This document shows positions 57,795 to 64,000 of a DNA stretch of 64,000 nt, in pieces. Source of the DNA: Paramecium tetraurelia (lineage: Eukaryota). Under the pieces are notes generated by a model that was not told the DNA's origin, searched no databases, and saw only the letters and a program-made list of their open reading frames with translations. The position numbers and the translations under genes are program-made. The stretch's first letter is position 1, and each line of letters opens with the position of its first letter. Where the stretch lies: NCBI GenBank assembly GCA_000165425.1, contig CT868660.1, forward strand, positions 620,001-684,000, written 5' to 3'.

Positions 57795-60700
57795 TCATTA
57801 AGTTGCTTTCTACTTTGAAAAAGGGATTTCCAACTCCTCATCAGAGTCTTATTTATGTTTTTCTTTACTGTTACTAACTTGGCTATTATCAATTATGCAT
57901 TTTTGGACAACATTAAGTTTCTCAGGACTTTTTGACACTCTGTTAACGATTTTGTTAATCTCTTTTGTGGTGAGTCCAGTTTATTATTTTAATCTATTTC
58001 TTAATTATTGCTCTGATTTCAGGATTTCTTTTTTCTCCTCTTCTTATTTATTACTTTGATGATATTCTGAACTCTTCGATTCATAAAAAGCATAGAATTT
58101 TTAATAGGTCAGTTTATCAATTTACAATGTTTTTAATAATTTGGTTGGCTTATAAAATATGTGGCTTAACAATCCAAATAGAAATATATTGGATAAATCT
58201 TAAAATCCAGTTTGGATCATTTCAGCACAATTATTGATAAATTTCATTCTCTTTTCATTAACGTTTAATTTATTAACAGACGCAATGTATGAGTTTATGC
58301 ATAATTTTGATAAATTCATTAAAGTTTTCCTCACTTTATGATTAATAGTGAATTGAGGAATAGTCAACAACAAATTTCCAGAAATCCTCCTTTTTTGAAC
58401 CCTGATCGTTCTCAATAACTTTTTATAATGATTATGAAATGGATGTTAAAATTGTAGGTTTTAAATCACTAAAGTAACAACTGGATTTCATGAGATCAAA
58501 TAAATAAGATAGGAATTGAATGCCAAATTCTTTATTTGTTAGTATTTATGGACATTGATTCATCAATTTTATTGAATTGTTGAATAATTCCATTTATAAA
58601 GTACTGATTTAAGGTAAATTATCAATCAAAGGGCGACTTTTCCTTCTTTTGAAATCATTTTATTTTTCTTTTTCTAATTTAACTTATCTAGATAATTCAG
58701 AAAGCACAAAATTATGAAAATGGATGTACAATAATGAATATGTCTAGGAAGATATGTAGTACTATAAGTTTAATCTTTATAATTTGAAGTTGTTAGTATA
58801 AATTAAATTATTGATTACTAGTTGTAAAATAGTGATATGATGTTGATCCTTGTTTTTATTTTCTAAAATTTAGAAGCAATAATTAAAAAATAGATCCCTT
58901 ATTTCTTTGTAATTAGCTTCATGATCATTCTCTTAAGGTTTACTAGAACTTAACAGATTTCTGATTTAATTTTGAAGTGAACTGGCCAATAAATTAGCAT
59001 TTATGATGATTGATTTTTCATCTTTATTTTCAAAAATGGAACTAATTGGATTTAGAATTTATTTTGGAAAGACTAAGTTTTGTTTAATCAAACATTCAAT
59101 TTTCTAAAGATTCAAAAAATTTAACTTCTCCTTGTAAATCTTTATTCCATACTTAACTAATTCCTTTAGACAATCTTTAACCACTTCTGAATCTGATTGT
59201 TATTATTGATATATAAACATCATTTTACAGACCTGATTAATTATCCCAATATTTTGACTTTTTTGAAAAATCTTTTACACTCCGATGACAATTGCTTTCA
59301 TATCCTTAAGAGGTATTGATTTAGAGTTTAAGTTTTAATAGATGTGTAGATAAGGAAATAGCAAATTCTAAAAGATTATAGATTGATATAAATACCTCAT
59401 CAATCAAATCGATTGAGGACTTAACTTTACTCAAAAAGTAACTAGTAAATTGATCGGTGAACTGGGTTTCTTCATCCTTCACTTCTAACCACCAGAATTT
59501 CGTTTAAGTATTTTGATATGATAGTATCGATGCATAAAAATAGAAACCCATAATCTAGAATTATTCTTATTAATCCCCTTCAAAAAACTGAGAGTATTAT
59601 TCAGGCAAGCAGACAAATGGATGACTATGAACAAAAGAAAATATAAAATTTTAGCATTCCTCATAGCTTTGAATTTCAAAAGGTGCATAAGTCAAGTAAA
59701 ATTCAGTCAATTTTATGACACTTTTAATTGGTTTTTCAAATAAATGCAGTAAAAAAGAAGATTCATATCTCACTCTAAGATTTTTTGCAAATAATATTCT
59801 AATGAAGGCTTAACAAGTCTTGGTTTTAAAAAAGTTACTCACTACATTTGTATTTTTTGAAAACATCTATAAATATTATTAAAATTATACCTTTAAGAAA
59901 TTGATCAATTTTAGTTGAACACTCTCATTGGGATCGAATATTAAGCTTATGACAGCCTCTTATTCTTCTTACAGAAAATCAATTATTGGTTATATAGATT
60001 TTTTGCTTTCAATCAAAGACTTTTAGATTTTTTCTAATTCATTCAAAGCGGATTCCCTGCATTCATGATTTTCACTTAAAAATAAACACCCTAAGTAACT
60101 ATAATAGGGGTCTGTAGGAATATCTGGATTCAAAAAGGAATGGAATAAAATTTGAATTGCTTTTCTCTTAATTAAAGTTTACACATCCTAAGTTCTATTA
60201 GTTACTAAATATTCGAAAATATTATTAATAAATTTAGTTGCTTCTTTCAATTCCTGCTCATCTTCTATAATTAATCTATTAAAATTATACTTATAAATTC
60301 TAAGAAATGGGATATCGAATTAATTACTAAATCTATGACCTCCAAAGCAGCCAATCTCGCAGTTCTAAACTTAGTTTAGGAGATAGTTGTAAGCCAGTTA
60401 TAGGTATATCTGAAAAACCCCTCACATTAGAAGGGCAATTACGTCTAGGTTGAAAATAGGGTATCAAAAAATTGTTTTAAGACTTTATTATTTTCAATTT
60501 ATTAGCATTATTATTCATCAATTAAATTGGACTAATTTTCAAGTTAGAGTGATTCCAATTTATTAATTATTTCTTCCAAATTGACATTGACAAGACTCAA
60601 TCCTTTCAAATATTGATTGCAATGATCCATTCCAACCAACTTTAAATAAAAAGACACAAAACTAAGTAAAACTCCTTATGGGCTTTCAAGTAATAAATCT

Positions 60701-60855
60701 TCTAGTTTGATTATCACACCTGATTATTCAATGTCTGGATCATTCATACATTCTACAATTAGTTTATTATTACCATAAATTTCAACCAATTTGATTTCTT
60801 CAATTTGTTAAAGTTCAGATTCTCTTTTATTTTATTTCTTTGCTCCCTTTTTCAT
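57795..60855 (-). CDS. divergent cohesin subunit Scc3/STAG-like HEAT-repeat protein
   Basis: YNWLTTISQTKFRTARLAALEV; INNIFEYLVTNRTQDVQTLIKRKAIQIL; YYSYLGCLFLSENHECRESALNEL. By eye these align in order with the STAG and SCD motifs. About 1000 aa. Confidence 0.65.
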
Positions 60856-61046
60856 ACTAGTTCTTTAGCTTAAATTATAATTTTATTAATGTTAATGTGA
60901 TATTAAGATTTCCCTTAAATCTAGCTTAATTTGATTATTTAGAACTCTTACTATTTTTCTTGTTGATTTTTATTAATTTATAATTTATTGTTATATTAAT
61001 TTCAAAATAGTAGAAGAAAAGTATTAACAATAATACATTAAAATAT

Positions 61047-61277
61047 ATGAATTCTTAGGGTTCCCTTTATGATAGGAAGTTAATAATTTAAAGGAAAATA
61101 AAATTGAATCCTAAATAATCAAATAATTAGAAATATAGAAAAGATCTTAACTCAGACATAGAAGTAATAAACTTCTAATCTACATAAAGATAATTTTAAT
61201 AATTATAACAGATAAGCTCTAAAGGATAATCTTTATTTGAATAGCATTTTAATTTGCCATCTTAATAAAGATATTGA
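61047..61277 (+). CDS. possible short hypothetical protein
   Basis: 76-codon ciliate-code ORF MNSQGSLYDRKLIIQRKIKLNPK...; no homology evidence. Confidence 0.25.
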
Positions 61278-61592
61278 AATTAAATTTAAAACAGTTAAAA
61301 GGATCCAAAAAAAAGAAAGCAGAAGATATTGGATTAAGTTTCTAAGTTATATCAAATACAACTATTTGTTATGTATTCAATTAGAATATAAGACTCCGTT
61401 TTAAATTATCTTGAATCAATTTATTTGCATAATTAAGTAAAGTAATTTCTTCCTTATTTTGTAATTTACATAGTTTAATTTATACTTCATTTCTAATATA
61501 TCACTTACTTCAATGTTAACAATCCTTTCCTGTCAATTTATTTTATTCTCAAACAGATTAATTAGTTTAAATTAATTTGTATTTTTATCATT

Positions 61593-62998
61593 ATGGACGA
61601 TTACTTAGATGAAGAATAGTACTTGGGATTAGAGGATGAATATGACAATAGCATCTATAATAATGTCACGTTATTGAGTGCTAATGACCTTTATTAAGAA
61701 TTCAAAGATCGGCTAGAAATTATCAAAGATAAGATTGGAGAGACATCTTAAGTTGTTTTAAATGTACTTAAATAAAGATATCAAGATATTAATCTTTTTC
61801 AATTTTGAAGTTAAAACCATATATGAGAAACTGTTGCTAAATGATGAGTTTGAATAAATCAAAGTTTAACTTGAAGAATAAGGCATTTACAAGGAATCTA
61901 AAGTGAACATTAATGACAACCTCATTTGTTCAATATGTGAATAGACTAATGCTTAGGGTTTTAGTTTAAATTGCAATCATAAGTTTTGTAAGAGCTGTTG
62001 GAATCAAATGATTGAGATCTAATTCTCAAGTTAAATACCTTTGGTGAGATGTTTACAGGATTAATGTTTTGAGAGATTGCCTCATTAGTTTTTAGAATAA
62101 TACCCTAAATATAAGTAAATATTGATTAAGAGATTCATGCAACATGATGATTAAATTACTTGGTGTCCAGGTAAATTTTTAAGTAAGAACGATAGGATTG
62201 AATTGTGAGAATGTTTTTAAGTGTTTGAATTTTTCGAATTCAATTAAATGTCCCTGTGGTATCAAATTTTGTTCTAAATGCAGAAATGAAAAACACCATC
62301 CAATCCCATGTGATATTCTGAAAAAAGTCTTAGAATACCAACAATCAAATGATTATTGGGCAATTTTACATGCCTCAAAGTGTCCCTAATGTGGAAGACT
62401 AATCTAACGTACAGAGGGTTGCTTTCATTTGAAATGTTTATGTGGATAACATTTCTGCTTTAAATGCTCAGGACCATGGGCAAAGGATCATGAGCAGAGT
62501 TTTTATACATGCCCTTATATGAATACAAATAAGAATCCATCTAAATATGCCTTATAGTTGAAGGATGAACTGTAGAGTATCAATAACAATATTCGAAACA
62601 TCGAATAGTCAGTAAAAACTTTGAAATAGTAAGTTAAAAAAGTCTTGTTAGATGATCTTTTAGAGTATTCAGAAAAGGCTATTTAACTTTTCAAAACATC
62701 CAAATCGTAACATTTTATTGATTATATATTTAGATTTTTGTTTTATAAATTCCATTTAATGGAGAATAAGGATGTTTAAATGTGCGAATAAACATTCTAA
62801 TGTTTTCAAGAGGAATTGAATAGTTGCTTAATAATTATTCAAAAGAAGGTCTTAGAAGTTCAAGACAATGAATCTTTAAAAGAGAGAACGATGCTTGAAT
62901 ACATCAATTTCGAGGATTCAGAAAAGAAAGTCTTAAGAAATTTAAAAATCAAAAAATAACTTATAAAACAATATATAATTGAAACTTTAATTAAGTGA
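61593..62998 (+). CDS. RBR (RING-IBR-RING) E3 ubiquitin ligase, Ariadne-like
   Basis: Acidic N-terminus; RING1 CSIC..CNHKFCKSCW; IBR WCPGLNC..CPCGIKFCSKC..HHPIPC; RING2 KCPQCGRLIQRTEGCFHLKCLCGQHFCFKC. Confidence 0.93.
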
Positions 62999-63153
62999 TA
63001 ACAAAACAATTAAATTATATTTCAGAATAAATCATTTATAAAGATTACATAATTTTCGTTTTCAATCATAAATTATTTATAATTGATTTTCTAAATGAAT
63101 TGAACTACAATCACAATAATTTGTAAGTAACACATTAAATATACACATATAAA

Positions 63154-64000
63154 TCAATTTTAACAAGAATAATCCCAACCAAATACTTCATTGATCCTTT
63201 CGCCATCTTAGGGATAGTCATGATCAATCAATCTGGTTGATAATAATTACTTGTTTGCCTCTTTTCTTTTGAGTACTGGTGCTATGTATTCTTATTGTTT
63301 TAGTTTTAACCAATCGATTTCAGCAAAAATAATATGATTTTTAATTTGCTTGATGGATAATCTTTCATTTGGATTTTTAGTGATGATTTATTCCAAGAAA
63401 TTTTTGATAGATCCAGAAAAATGTTTTGGAATTCTGAGTTCTTCATTTTATATTCCATTTAATAGTACTCTAATGTTGTTGCTAAAATGTGGAGGATAAC
63501 CTGATAGCATTTCATACAACAAAAGACCCACTGTATAAATATCTGTACTTTATGTTACTCCATGGCCATTCAATAGCTCAGGGGATAAATAAGCAGGTGA
63601 ACCACAAAACGTATGAGTTACATTAAAGCCTTCTTTGGAAAGTCCGAAATCTATGAGTTTTATGTAATTATTTTTTGTAACCATCACATTTTCTGGCTTT
63701 AAATCTCTGTATATGAGATTTAAGGAGTGAAGATATTCTAATGCTAGTATAATTTAGGCTATAATGAAAACGGCTTAGGGTTCTTATAGAACTGTGCCCT
63801 TCGCCATATAATTTATGAGATCACCATTATCACAATATTCTAGAAGCATGTATAGATAGTGTTAAGTCTAATTAATATAATGTTAGATTCACTTGAAAAG
63901 AATGATGTAGTTTAACAACAAATGGGTGATTTAGATACTTCATTATGCTTAGTTCACTTTAAATGTACTTGACATCTTGTAAGACTTATTATTTCAATTA
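63154..64000 (-). CDS. AGC-family Ser/Thr kinase (5' end outside the window)
   Basis: [64 protein letters not shown]. Confidence 0.93.

Noticed and set aside
59485..59688. ORF-track peptide containing IFMHRYY, reminiscent of STAG FVHRYRD
   Set aside because: The STAG-like motif equivalent lies upstream near 60180-60200; this match is probably coincidental and was not used as evidence.

Overview
AT-rich, gene-dense ciliate macronuclear DNA, most likely Paramecium. Genes read through only if TAA/TAG encode Gln and TGA is the sole stop, and they carry tiny (about 21-31 nt) GT..AG introns. The supplied standard-code ORF track is therefore mostly fragments or antisense artefacts, so I re-translated genes by hand; exon boundaries are approximate. 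About 37 protein genes can be read, including V-ATPase subunit a, TAF7, 2-oxoglutarate dehydrogenase E1, a SAPS protein, kinesin-8, COX17, WDR61/Ski8, DIM1, a CNBD K+ channel, WDR35/IFT121, an ABCC transporter, MRPL43, MORN proteins, an RBR E3 ligase and two kinases. The window also holds an SRP RNA gene with upstream element and T-run terminator, and a doubly deleted Na+/K+-type P-ATPase pseudogene. Most interesting: (1) a 74-aa extremely basic K/A/R/P-rich protein resembling a globular-domain-less linker histone H1; (2) an ATGA stop/start overlap between a USP36-tail-like basic protein and a ubiquitin-like-domain protein; (3) a highly divergent Scc3/STAG cohesin subunit; (4) stand-alone chromo-shadow-like and PWWP proteins close together. 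No database searches were run; family calls come from motifs recalled by eye.
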